Source: Bacilli bacterium (lineage in GTDB: Bacteria > Bacillota_I > Bacilli_A > RF39 > UBA660). From it: a DNA stretch of 64,000 bases. The stretch is taken from contig JAFRIJ010000003.1 in NCBI GenBank assembly GCA_017432825.1, positions 73,187-137,186 on the forward strand, written 5' to 3'. Shown here one piece after another: positions 49,407 through 59,374 of this stretch; position 1 is the stretch's first letter, and each line of letters begins with the position of its first letter. The position numbers and the translations under genes are program-made. The notes beneath the pieces are model-generated. The model did no database searches. It saw only the letters and a program-made list of their open reading frames with translations, and was not told the DNA's origin.

Positions 49407-49977
49407 TTAATCGCCTCTTATTTTTTATTATCTTTTTGGTCTTAACTAAAGACTGGTAGTCATCGCTTGTATTTATATTTTTAAAATCATAACCAACATT
49501 AACAAACAATTTATTAATATCATACTCTTCAAATTCATGTAATAGTGTTTTAGTTCCATTATAAATGTTTAATTTTTGTTTAAACAAATCACAATCATTT
49601 ACCTTTACTGCAATAATGGCATTTTCATTACCATAAAACATCACTTTTTCAATTGAAGTATTCACTATTGTTTCAATGACATTATCTTCATAGTATGTAT
49701 CACAGTACAAAAATATTGTTGGCTCATTTATTTTCTCATATAAATACATTCTTTTATACACATTCTCAGTTTCAGAAGCATACAAGATGCATCCGTCGAC
49801 TTTATGATTAGGATTATGTGATGAAACAATTATTTTGGCATCTTTATCAAAACTTTTTATTTGACGTGCTATTCTTTCTAACAAATTTTCTCCATCAATA
49901 ACAATTTCTTGCTTAGTTATATTCATATAATTGTTCCATCTTGTCCCCTTACCATCTGACATAATAACATATTGCAT
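49393..49977 (-). CDS. Nucleotidyltransferase-like (GT-A/NTP-transferase fold) protein
   Basis: MQYVIMSDGKGTRW..KQ..IDGENLLER, FLYCDTY, NINT..DY; AAGGAGG RBS before ATG 49977. Confidence 0.7.
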   Translation of the reverse strand: MQYVIMSDGKGTRWNNYMNITKQEIVIDGENLLERIARQIKSFDKDAKIIVSSHNPNHKVDGCILYASETENVYKRMYLYEKINEPTIFLYCDTYYEDNVIETIVNTSIEKVMFYGNENAIIAVKVNDCDLFKQKLNIYNGTKTLLHEFEEYDINKLFVNVGYDFKNINTSDDYQSLVKTKKIIKNKRRLNENY

Positions 49978-50043
49978 TCTTGTAACCTCCTTAATTATAC
50001 CATAAAAAAGACTAGTTTTATCTAGTCTTTCAATCATTTTATA

Positions 50044-52680
50044 TTAATTCTTCTTTGCTTTAATTGCAGCTTGTGCAGCAGCTAATCTTGCAATAGGTAC
50101 TCTGAATGGAGAACATGATACATAAGTTAGACCTATGTTATGACAGAATTCTACTGATTGAGGGTCTCCTCCATGTTCACCACATATACCTAATTTGATA
50201 TTAGGTCTTGTTTCTTTACCCGCTGTAGCAGCCATTTTTACTAGTTTTCCTACACCATTTTGATCTAGTTTAGCAAATGGATCTTGTTCATATATTTTAT
50301 TTTCATAATATGCACCTAAGAATTTACCAGCATCATCTCTTGAGAATCCAAATGTCATTTGAGTTAAATCGTTCGTTCCGAATGAGAAGAATTCTGCTTC
50401 TTTTGCTATTTCATCTGCTAATAATGCTGCTCTTGGTATTTCTATCATTGTTCCAATATGATATTCCATATTAGATTTCTTTTCTTTTTTAACTAATTCT
50501 GCTGTTTCTACAACAATATCTTTTACAAATTTTAATTCTTTAACTTCTCCTACTAATGGAATCATAATCTCTGGAGTTATTTTATATCCTTCTTCTTTTT
50601 CTACTTCAATAGCTGCTTCCATTAATGCTCTTGTTTGCATTTTAGCTATTTCTGGATATGTTACTGCTAATCTACATCCTCTATGTCCCATCATTGGATT
50701 AAATTCATGTAATTCAGCACATTTTTCTTCTAAGTGTTTATTTGTTACTCCCATTTCTTTTGCTAATGCTTTTATTTCATCTTTTTCTTTAGGTAAGAAT
50801 TCATGTAGTGGTGGATCTAAGTAACGTACTGTCATTGGTAATCCTTTTAGTTCTTTGTACATAGCTTTAAAGTCGCCTTTTTGATATGGAATTAATTTAT
50901 TTAATGCTTTTTCTCTTTCTTCAGTTGTATCTGCTAAAATCATTTTTCTTATATTAAAGATTCTTTCTTCATCAAAGAACATATGTTCTGTTCTACATAA
51001 TCCTATTCCTTCAGCGCCTAATTCTATAGCTTTCTTTGTATCTTTTGGAGTATCTGCATTAGTTCTTACACCTAGTGTTCTATATTTGTCAGCCCATTCC
51101 ATAACTCTTCCAAATTCTCCTGCTATAGTTGCATCTACAGTTTTAATCATTCCGTCGTATATATTTCCTGTTGATCCATCTATTGATATTTGGTCTCCTT
51201 CATGATATGTTTTTCCGCCTAATGTAAATTCTTTTTTTGCTTCATTCATTTGGATATCACCACAACCTGATACACAACATGTGCCCATTCCACGTGCTAC
51301 TACGGCAGCGTGTGAAGTCATACCACCACGTACTGTTAGTATTCCTTGAGCGGCTTTCATTCCTGTTATATCTTCTGGTGATGTTTCTAGTCTTACTAGT
51401 ACAACTTTTTCTCCTTTTCCACCAATACCTTGTTTTTCTGCATCTTCTGCAGTAAATACTATTTTACCACATGCTGCTCCTGGAGATGCACCTAATCCTT
51501 TTCCTATTTGTTTAGCTTCAGCTAATGCTTTTGTATCAAATTGTGGATGTAGTAATGTATCTAAGTTTCTTGGATCTATCATTAATACTGCTTCTTCTTC
51601 TGTACGCATTCCTTCGTCTACTAAATCACATGCTATTTTCAATGCTGCTTTAGCAGTTCTTTTACCATTTCTTGTTTGTAGCATATATAATTTACCGTGT
51701 TCTACAGTAAACTCCATATCTTGCATGTCTTTATAGTGACTTTCTAGTGTTTTACAAACATTCTTAAACTCTTTAAATGCTTCTGGGAATTTTTGTTCCA
51801 TTTCGGCTATTTTCATTGGTGTTCTTACACCTGCAACAACATCTTCTCCTTGAGCGTTTGTTAAAAATTCTCCAAATAATCCTTTTTCTCCTGTTGCTGG
51901 GTCTCTTGTGAAAGCAACACCTGTTCCACAATCATCTCCCATATTTCCAAAGGCCATTGATTGAACGTTTACAGCTGTTCCCCATGAGTAAGGTATATCA
52001 TTATCTCTTCTATATACATTTGCTCTTGGATTATCCCATGATCTAAATACTGCTTTAATTGCTCCCATTAGTTGTTCTTTTGGATCTGATGGGAATTCTT
52101 TTCCTATTTTCTTTTTATATTCTTTTTTAAATTGTGTTGCTAATTCTTTTAAATCATTAGCATCCAATTCTATGTCTTGAGTTACTCCCTTTTTCTCTTT
52201 CATTTTGTCAATTAATTGTTCAAAGTATTTTTTTCCTACTTCCATTACAACATCTGAATACATTTGAATAAATCTTCTATAGCAATCCCATGCCCATCTT
52301 GGATTATTACTTTTTTTTGCTAATACTTCTACAACACTTTCGTTTAATCCTAAATTTAGTATTGTATCCATCATTCCTGGCATTGATGCTCTTGCTCCAC
52401 TTCTTACTGATACTAATAATGGATTTTCAGTACTTCCAAATTCTTTTCCTGTCATTTTTTCCATTTTCTCGATGTATTCGTTTATTTGTTCTTGGATTTC
52501 TTTATTTATTTCTTTTCCATCTTCATAGTATTGTGTACAAGCTTCTGTTGTAATTGTAAATCCTTGTGGTACTGGTAGCCCTATATTAGTCATTTCTGCT
52601 AAATTAGCACCCTTACCACCTAGTAATTCACGCATGTTGGCATTTCCTTCTTTAAAGGAATATACATATTTTTTTTTCAT
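50044..52680 (-). CDS. ppdK: Pyruvate, phosphate dikinase
   Basis: LGGKGANLAEM, GGMTSHAAVVAR, GTNDLTQ, GICGEHGGDP. Confidence 0.98.
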   Translation of the reverse strand: MKKKYVYSFKEGNANMRELLGGKGANLAEMTNIGLPVPQGFTITTEACTQYYEDGKEINKEIQEQINEYIEKMEKMTGKEFGSTENPLLVSVRSGARASMPGMMDTILNLGLNESVVEVLAKKSNNPRWAWDCYRRFIQMYSDVVMEVGKKYFEQLIDKMKEKKGVTQDIELDANDLKELATQFKKEYKKKIGKEFPSDPKEQLMGAIKAVFRSWDNPRANVYRRDNDIPYSWGTAVNVQSMAFGNMGDDCGTGVAFTRDPATGEKGLFGEFLTNAQGEDVVAGVRTPMKIAEMEQKFPEAFKEFKNVCKTLESHYKDMQDMEFTVEHGKLYMLQTRNGKRTAKAALKIACDLVDEGMRTEEEAVLMIDPRNLDTLLHPQFDTKALAEAKQIGKGLGASPGAACGKIVFTAEDAEKQGIGGKGEKVVLVRLETSPEDITGMKAAQGILTVRGGMTSHAAVVARGMGTCCVSGCGDIQMNEAKKEFTLGGKTYHEGDQISIDGSTGNIYDGMIKTVDATIAGEFGRVMEWADKYRTLGVRTNADTPKDTKKAIELGAEGIGLCRTEHMFFDEERIFNIRKMILADTTEEREKALNKLIPYQKGDFKAMYKELKGLPMTVRYLDPPLHEFLPKEKDEIKALAKEMGVTNKHLEEKCAELHEFNPMMGHRGCRLAVTYPEIAKMQTRALMEAAIEVEKEEGYKITPEIMIPLVGEVKELKFVKDIVVETAELVKKEKKSNMEYHIGTMIEIPRAALLADEIAKEAEFFSFGTNDLTQMTFGFSRDDAGKFLGAYYENKIYEQDPFAKLDQNGVGKLVKMAATAGKETRPNIKLGICGEHGGDPQSVEFCHNIGLTYVSCSPFRVPIARLAAAQAAIKAKKN

Positions 52681-52781
52681 TTTGCACCTCTTTCAAAAAA
52701 CATTGCGTTACCCTTTAATTATAACAAACTACTTTGTTTTATTCAATAAAAATAAGTTTTTTTTACAAAAAAAGATTATGG

Positions 52782-53861
52782 TTAGTATTCATACCATAGT
52801 CCTTCTTTCTTTAATTTATAAATTGTATTATTATGTTCATTTTGATTTCTACTAAAATATACTTTTTTATTTTTATCTGCTACAAAATAATAATAATCAC
52901 CTTTTGTTGGTTCTAATACGGCTTCTATTGCTTCTATAGATGGAATACATATTGGTGAAATTGGAAGACCTAAAAATGATGCACATCTTGTATTATAATC
53001 ATTACATTCTTTTACTTCTGTTGATGTTAATGCTCTTTCATTCATATCTATTTTTGCTCCATAATATGTTGTAACATCGCTTCCTAGTGTCATATTATTA
53101 TCTATTCTATTTAAGAATACTCCTGCTATCCCTTTTCTATCTTCTAATGTTACTCCTTCTAATTCTACCATTGATGCTAGTGTTATTATTTCATTTACAT
53201 CCATACTGTTTTTTTCTATTTTTTCTTTATATATTTTTAGTTTTTTATTTGTATTATCTAACATTATTTCAAATATTTCTTCTACTTTTGTATCTTTACT
53301 TTTTATTGCATATGTATCAGGATATAGGTATCCTTCTAGAGAATAATAGATTTTATCATCTTTAATTTTATCTGTTAAGAACCAATATTTTTTTATTATT
53401 TTATCTAAGTATTTTTCATCTTTTAGTAATTTGTAGATATCTTCTTCTTTATTATTTGTTTCTTCTGTTATTATTTTAACTATTTTACGGATGTTTATTC
53501 CTTCTTTAAATGTTAATATAATGTCATTGTTATATCCACCTTTACTTAAAATATCTACTATTTTTCTAGTACCCATATTTTGACTTAATTTATATGTTGC
53601 TGCTTTTAAATTAGTTTTATTAGTTAATCTTACATATATTTTAAATGCTTTTTTATTTTTTATTAGTTTATTTTTATATAAAGTATTAGCAATATCTGAT
53701 ATACTTCCCTGTTCTATTGTTACTTCTTTTAGAGTTTTATCATTACTTACTTTTGCTAATTCAAAATTAAATAAAGTACATACAAATACTAGTGCGCTTG
53801 TTATTAATACTAAAAATGCTAGGTATATGTTATTATATATTTTCATTGTACTATTTTGCAT
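52782..53861 (-). CDS. mltG: Endolytic transglycosylase MltG (YceG family)
   Basis: LEGYLYPDTY, LASMVELE, LGSDVT, YNTR..GLPISPI, YYYFVAD. Confidence 0.92.
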   Translation of the reverse strand: MQNSTMKIYNNIYLAFLVLITSALVFVCTLFNFELAKVSNDKTLKEVTIEQGSISDIANTLYKNKLIKNKKAFKIYVRLTNKTNLKAATYKLSQNMGTRKIVDILSKGGYNNDIILTFKEGINIRKIVKIITEETNNKEEDIYKLLKDEKYLDKIIKKYWFLTDKIKDDKIYYSLEGYLYPDTYAIKSKDTKVEEIFEIMLDNTNKKLKIYKEKIEKNSMDVNEIITLASMVELEGVTLEDRKGIAGVFLNRIDNNMTLGSDVTTYYGAKIDMNERALTSTEVKECNDYNTRCASFLGLPISPICIPSIEAIEAVLEPTKGDYYYFVADKNKKVYFSRNQNEHNNTIYKLKKEGLWYEY

Positions 53862-53862
53862 A

Positions 53863-54135
53863 TTATTCTTTATTTTTATCTTCTTGTATTGATTCTAATA
53901 TTGTTTCTATTATTTTCCATTCTCTATCAGTTTCTATTGGTATTAATTCTGTTTTTTTAGCTTTTGGATTAAATATTGAAGCATATACTTTTACATTTCC
54001 TTCTTCATCTGTTGTGTTATCCGTATAAACCATATAGCTTTTTTTTGTTTCTTCTGAATCAAATGTAAATAATATTTCACATGTTACTTCTTTTCCATTT
54101 TCATCTAGGACTGTAAATTTATTCTTTTCTTCCAT
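53863..54135 (-). CDS. DUF1292 family protein
   Basis: DENGKE..EILFTFDSEE..IETDREW; conserved ruvX-DUF1292-mltG order. Confidence 0.85.
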   Translation of the reverse strand: MEEKNKFTVLDENGKEVTCEILFTFDSEETKKSYMVYTDNTTDEEGNVKVYASIFNPKAKKTELIPIETDREWKIIETILESIQEDKNKE

Positions 54136-54136
54136 T

Positions 54137-54556
54137 TTAATCACCTTTCTTATCTAAATAGCTTTGTAATATTATTACTGCTGCTATGCCGTCTACTTTT
54201 TTCTTTCTTTTTTTTCTTGATACATTTGCTTCTATTAATACGTTATTTGATATTACAGATGTTAATCTTTCGTCTTGTAATATAACTTCTATATTTAGAT
54301 TTTTTTCTATTTTATCTTTAAATTCTTCTGTTATTTGGGCTCTAGGGCCTATTGTATTATTCATATTTTTTGGATAACCTAATATTATTTTTTCAATATT
54401 TTCTTTTTCTATTATTATTTTTAATGGTTCTATTAAACTATTGTAATCTTCATTATCAAAATATAGTGTTTTATAATTTGTTGCTATTGTTTTTGTTAAA
54501 TCAGATATTGAGATACCTAATGTTTTAGTTCCTAAATCTAATCCCATATATTTCAT
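54137..54556 (-). CDS. ruvX: YqgF/RuvX pre-16S rRNA nuclease
   Basis: GLDLGTKTLGISISD, GYPKNM, DERLTS, VDGIAAVIILQSYLD. Confidence 0.93.
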   Translation of the reverse strand: MKYMGLDLGTKTLGISISDLTKTIATNYKTLYFDNEDYNSLIEPLKIIIEKENIEKIILGYPKNMNNTIGPRAQITEEFKDKIEKNLNIEVILQDERLTSVISNNVLIEANVSRKKRKKKVDGIAAVIILQSYLDKKGD

Positions 54557-54608
54557 ATTATCACCTGATATTTCTATCATAGCATTTTTATTTTTATTAT
54601 ACAAGTTA

Positions 54609-55193
54609 TTATTTTTTGTTTAAAAAATAATTTAATATTTGATACCAACTATATACTCTTTCTACGTTATCTTTTTTTACTTCTAGATTGTATGGGGCAT
54701 CAAAGCATAATACAGGTATGTGTTCGCTTATTTTTTCTACGTTACTTGCTTTATCTTCTATCATTATATCTATATTATTCTTTATACACTTATCTTTTTT
54801 ATTTCCTGTTCCTGCTATTATTTGATCATATTCTATTCCGTGTTTTGTTAGCCATTGTTCTACATAAAAATTCATTGTATTAGCATATTGGTTTGTTAAA
54901 TATCTATTATCTCTTGCTGTTAGTATTACAATTTCATGTCCTAATTCTCTTAATTCTTTTATTACTTGTGAGGCATAAGGTCTTGATGGTATTGATACCA
55001 TTAAATCAAATATATATTCTTTCCAAAATCTATTATTCTCTTCATTTGTTAAAAAGAATTGTTCTTCAATCATGTATTTATATGGATTAAATCCTCTATG
55101 TATATTGTTTTCTATACAAAATTTATAACCACATGAATAATGCCATTGTCCGATATCATTTAATACTCCGTCTATGTCTACACCTATTCTCAT
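54609..55193 (-). CDS. HAD-family 5'(3')-nucleotidase-like protein
   Basis: IGVDIDGVL, LTAR, MIEDK, APYN, RVYSW. Confidence 0.8.
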   Translation of the reverse strand: MRIGVDIDGVLNDIGQWHYSCGYKFCIENNIHRGFNPYKYMIEEQFFLTNEENNRFWKEYIFDLMVSIPSRPYASQVIKELRELGHEIVILTARDNRYLTNQYANTMNFYVEQWLTKHGIEYDQIIAGTGNKKDKCIKNNIDIMIEDKASNVEKISEHIPVLCFDAPYNLEVKKDNVERVYSWYQILNYFLNKK

Positions 55194-55250
55194 TTGTTTA
55201 CCTACTTTCTTTTTGAATTATATCATATATATAATAAAAAAGCAATTTTG

Positions 55251-55868
55251 TTATTGCTTTTTTTCTTCTTCTAAATTTTTCTCCATTAATGATTTTATTT
55301 CTTCATATAGTTTTTTATTTGCTGTTTCTAAATCCATATCTCCTACTTTAAATGGTTCTCCATATCTTATGGTTAAATTTTTACTTCTAAATTTGTAATC
55401 TCCTGTTAATCCAAATGGTACTATAGTTGCGTTTGTTTTTTTGGCCATTGATACTGTTCCAAATTTAAATGGTAATAGGAATACATCTTTTGTTTTATTT
55501 CTTGTTCCTTCTGGAAATAATCCTATTGCTCCATCATTTCTTAATATTTCTAATGCTTGTTCTGTAGCGTGCGTATCTTTTATTTGTCTATTTACTGAAA
55601 TACAACCTACTAATTTAAAAAACCATGCCATTTTACCATCAAAGTATTCTTTTTTAGCCATGTAATGGATTATTCTATGTGTTGCCATTATAGTTAGACA
55701 TTGATCATATACGTGTTTATGATTTCCTGCTATTAGTATTGGACCTTTTTTAGGTATTACTTTTTTATTAATTATGGTTGGATTATAATATAGTCTAAAT
55801 AATACTCTCATTATTGGAGTTAACATGAAATATCCTATTTCACCTTTAAATCTTTTTTTCTTCTTCAT
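55251..55868 (-). CDS. PlsC-family acyltransferase 2
   Basis: NHKHVYD (HX4D), FPEGTR. Confidence 0.9.
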   Translation of the reverse strand: MKKKKRFKGEIGYFMLTPIMRVLFRLYYNPTIINKKVIPKKGPILIAGNHKHVYDQCLTIMATHRIIHYMAKKEYFDGKMAWFFKLVGCISVNRQIKDTHATEQALEILRNDGAIGLFPEGTRNKTKDVFLLPFKFGTVSMAKKTNATIVPFGLTGDYKFRSKNLTIRYGEPFKVGDMDLETANKKLYEEIKSLMEKNLEEEKKQ

Positions 55869-57627
55869 TTTTCGCTCTCTTTTCTATATTTTCTTGTTGT
55901 AGCTTTTTAAAATCTACTTTTCCTACTATTGTTTTGGGAAGACTTTTTCTAAATTCCCATTCTTTTGGTATAGCATATTGTGCTAAATTTTTTTTACATA
56001 ATTCAATTAAGTCTTTTTTTAATTTTGGAGATGCTATATGTCCTTTTTTTAGTGCTATATATGCTTTTCCTACTTCTATTTTATATGGATGTGGTATACC
56101 TATTACTGTTGCATCCATAACTGCTGGATGTTGTTCTAAAACTTCTTCTATTTGTGATGGATATACATTGTATCCTGATGTAACTATCATTCTTTTTATT
56201 CTCTGTTTATAAGATACGAAACCATCTTCATCCATACAACCTATATCTCCTGAATGTAACCATATATTACCATCTTTATGTATGTGTAATGCATCGTTTG
56301 TTTCTCTTTCGTTGTTGTAATATCCTAACATGACAACTGGACCACATATGCATATTTCTCCATCAGTTCCATATGGGACTTCTTCATCCGTTGCTGGTTT
56401 TACTATTTTTAAATATATTCCTGGCCATGGAATTCCAATTGTTCCTGGACGTGAAGCATGTTTTAAATCTACACATACTGCTGCTACGGCTTCAGTCATT
56501 CCATAACCTTGAATCATATTTGTTTTGGCTCCGTGTTCATGTAAAAAGTCGTTTATTTTATTTACTCTTGTTTTATTTAAGGTATCTCCTCCTGCTATTA
56601 CGTATTTTAATTGTGATAGAGATACGTTTTTCATTCTTTCGTTTGTTGTTAATGCTTCAAATAATGTTGGCACTCCTAGTAATACTGTTGGTTTATGTTT
56701 AGTTAGTAATTTATCAAATTCTTTTGCTTTAAATGTTGGAATCATTACTAATTCTGCTCCTACATATAAGGCGTCATTCATTCCAACTTCTAATCCTAGT
56801 CCATGAAATATTGGTAATATTCCTAATATCTTATCATTTTTGCATAAATCTGGATATGCTTTTGTTGCTGCTATGGTTGCTGAATTGAAATTACCATTTG
56901 ATAGTACTATTCCTTTTGGTGTTCCTGTTGATCCTCCACTTTGCAATATTACAGCTGGAGTGTCTTTTGTTCCTTGCTCTTCTATATTTTTTTCTGTATA
57001 TTTAATTCCTTTTTGATAAAATTCTTTCCAATATATATATAATTCAGTTGATTTTGGTCTTTCTACTTTCCTTCCTTGAGTTAATTCGTAACCTATTTTA
57101 GTTATTACATTCATCGAATCTTTAGCGGATATTATTATTGTTTTGTATACATTTGTTTCATTTATTATATTTTTTATTTTACTATAACATATATCTAATG
57201 CTATTAATACTACTGATGAATAATTCTCTAGAGCTTGTTTTATTTCTTGCTCTGATAATAACGGGTGTAATATGTTTACTACTGCTCCAATTTTATTTAG
57301 TGCATAAAAAGATATTAATGCTTCAGGAACATTAGCAGATAATATTGTTACTATATCTCCTTTTCTTATTCCTTGTGATTTAAAAGCTTTAGCTGTAATA
57401 TTAATTTCTTTAAAGAAATCGTTATATGTTCTATGTGTTCCAAAATATGTTATTGCTATATTATTATCATAATGTTCTTCTTTGACTTTATCTCTTAAAA
57501 ATCTATATATTGATTTATTTGGTGGAGATATATTCATATCATTTTTTTTATAATATTTTTCCCAAGGTGCTTTTGGTTTCGTTTTAAATCCTAGAAATTT
57601 GAAAAAACTTATGTCCATTAGTCCCAT
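55846..57627 (-). CDS. Long-chain fatty-acid--CoA ligase, paralog 2
   Basis: QSGGSTGTPKG, GYGMTE, HSGD, LPKTIVGK. Confidence 0.9.
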   Translation of the reverse strand: MGLMDISFFKFLGFKTKPKAPWEKYYKKNDMNISPPNKSIYRFLRDKVKEEHYDNNIAITYFGTHRTYNDFFKEINITAKAFKSQGIRKGDIVTILSANVPEALISFYALNKIGAVVNILHPLLSEQEIKQALENYSSVVLIALDICYSKIKNIINETNVYKTIIISAKDSMNVITKIGYELTQGRKVERPKSTELYIYWKEFYQKGIKYTEKNIEEQGTKDTPAVILQSGGSTGTPKGIVLSNGNFNSATIAATKAYPDLCKNDKILGILPIFHGLGLEVGMNDALYVGAELVMIPTFKAKEFDKLLTKHKPTVLLGVPTLFEALTTNERMKNVSLSQLKYVIAGGDTLNKTRVNKINDFLHEHGAKTNMIQGYGMTEAVAAVCVDLKHASRPGTIGIPWPGIYLKIVKPATDEEVPYGTDGEICICGPVVMLGYYNNERETNDALHIHKDGNIWLHSGDIGCMDEDGFVSYKQRIKRMIVTSGYNVYPSQIEEVLEQHPAVMDATVIGIPHPYKIEVGKAYIALKKGHIASPKLKKDLIELCKKNLAQYAIPKEWEFRKSLPKTIVGKVDFKKLQQENIEKRAKNEEEKKI

Positions 57628-57628
57628 A

Positions 57629-58213
57629 TTATTTTTTCTCCTTTTTTAGTTTTTTACTAATTATATTTTCTAGTTCTTCATTATATTCTGTTAAATCTTC
57701 TTTTTTTGGTATTTCTATTGGTTCTAAAAATTCTATTTTTAAACCTTTATTTCCTATTTTATATTCTCCTGTTATTATAAATGGTACTATTTTTGTATTA
57801 GTAACACTTGCCATTTTTACTGCACCTATTTTAAATGGTATTATTGTGTTATCAGTTCTATTTATTGTCCCTTCGGGGAATATTCCTATTACTTTATCAT
57901 TATTTAGTACATCTATTGCTTTTTGTAAAGCATCTTTATCATGTATTCTTCTATTTACAGGTATAATTCCCATATTTAAGAATAATCCTTTTTTAAATCC
58001 TTGTACTAATTCATCTTTTGCTAAGAAATGTATTGTTCTTTTAGTAGATGTTATTAGTAATACACAATCTAAATTGTTTGTATGGTTACCTGCTAATACA
58101 ACTTTTCCATCTTCTGGAATATTTTCAGTACCTATTATTTCTGGCTTATATAATATTTTTACTAAAAAAACTATTAATGGTCTTAATGTTTTATAAAGAA
58201 TTGGTTCTTTCAT
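57629..58213 (-). CDS. PlsC-family acyltransferase 1
   Basis: NHTNNLD (HX4D), FPEGTI. Confidence 0.9.
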   Translation of the reverse strand: MKEPILYKTLRPLIVFLVKILYKPEIIGTENIPEDGKVVLAGNHTNNLDCVLLITSTKRTIHFLAKDELVQGFKKGLFLNMGIIPVNRRIHDKDALQKAIDVLNNDKVIGIFPEGTINRTDNTIIPFKIGAVKMASVTNTKIVPFIITGEYKIGNKGLKIEFLEPIEIPKKEDLTEYNEELENIISKKLKKEKK

Positions 58214-58306
58214 TTATTCACCTTTTTTCTATGCATTTTAATTATATAATAGTTTTTTTTTATTGTAAAGTTAATAAAAAAACTTTAATAATTTTGTTAT
58301 TAAAGT

Positions 58307-58948
58307 TTATAATAAATCTTTGTTTTTAATTACGAATATATTATTATTTTTATAAAAGGCATAGAATACTTCTTCTAGTTTTATATTTTTATTTTTTAAT
58401 AATTTTATTACCCATTCTTCATCTTTGTTTAATTCTTTTAGTGTATCTTTTTCTATTCTGTTATCTAATATAAGTGGTAGTGGTAATTCTTTTTTTTCTT
58501 TTGTATAAGGAAATACTGATAGAGTTCCGTTGTTTTCTAAGATGGCATATTCTATTTCTTCTATATTTTTATATCCTTTTTCTCTTATTTGTGATATTAA
58601 ATCATCTAAGTTATATTTTTGTTTTGTCATTTCATGATAATTTATTTTTCCTTCTTTTATTATTACTGCCGGATTACCATCTAATGCTATTCTTAGTTTG
58701 GGGTTTTTAAGTGTTATATATGCTAAAGATATTTGTATTAAACATAGTGTTATTATTGGTATTATTGATTTAAATATGTTATTATCATAATTTTCTATGC
58801 TTATAACTGCTAATTCTGCTATTAGGATTGATACTATTAGATCTATTATTCCTAATTGACCTACTTCTCTTTTTCCCATTATTCTATATACTATAAATAT
58901 AAAAAAATAGAAGAAGAATGTTCTTATTATTATCATTAATAGTTCCAT
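58307..58948 (-). CDS. DUF421 (YetF/YrbG-like) membrane protein
   Basis: RIMGKREVGQL, LDGNP, AILENNGTLSV. Confidence 0.88.
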   Translation of the reverse strand: MELLMIIIRTFFFYFFIFIVYRIMGKREVGQLGIIDLIVSILIAELAVISIENYDNNIFKSIIPIITLCLIQISLAYITLKNPKLRIALDGNPAVIIKEGKINYHEMTKQKYNLDDLISQIREKGYKNIEEIEYAILENNGTLSVFPYTKEKKELPLPLILDNRIEKDTLKELNKDEEWVIKLLKNKNIKLEEVFYAFYKNNNIFVIKNKDLL

Positions 58949-59020
58949 TTTATCACCTATATTTATTATTTGCTATTATATTTTCTTTTATTCATCATAA
59001 TATTTATTAGGTGGTTTATT

Positions 59021-59374
59021 ATGAAAAAATTAATAATATCTTTAGGTTATTTCTTTATAATTTTATTTTCTTTATTATTAATTTATACTTTACTATTATA
59101 TTTTAATTTACTATCTAATAATATTCTTAATTATTTTAAATTATTAATTCCTCTTATTAGTATCTTATATAGTTCTTATATTTTAGGTAGAAAATCTGTT
59201 AAAAAGGGTTATCTAGAAGGTATGAAACTTGCTTTAATTATTATATTTATTTTTATTATTATTAATTTAATGTTTGATAGTTTTAATTATAAATCTATTC
59301 TTTATTATTTAATTATATTTATTTCTTCTTCTTTAGGTGCTATGATAGGTATAAATAGAAAAAAGAATATCTAG
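59021..59374 (+). CDS. TIGR04086 (YrzE-like) membrane protein
   Basis: Four TM helices, G..KKGYLEG, LGAMIGIN; divergent from DUF421 as in Bacillus yrzE/yrbG. Confidence 0.75.
   Translation: MKKLIISLGYFFIILFSLLLIYTLLLYFNLLSNNILNYFKLLIPLISILYSSYILGRKSVKKGYLEGMKLALIIIFIFIIINLMFDSFNYKSILYYLIIFISSSLGAMIGINRKKNI

Larger units (their letters stand above)
47569..50074. mobile_element. Genomic islet at the ppdK 3' end, bounded by a 21-bp direct repeat
   Basis: TTTGCTTTAATTGCAGCTTGT at 47569-47589 and 50054-50074; terminator and extended -10 also duplicated; cargo has atypical strand composition. Confidence 0.75.
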
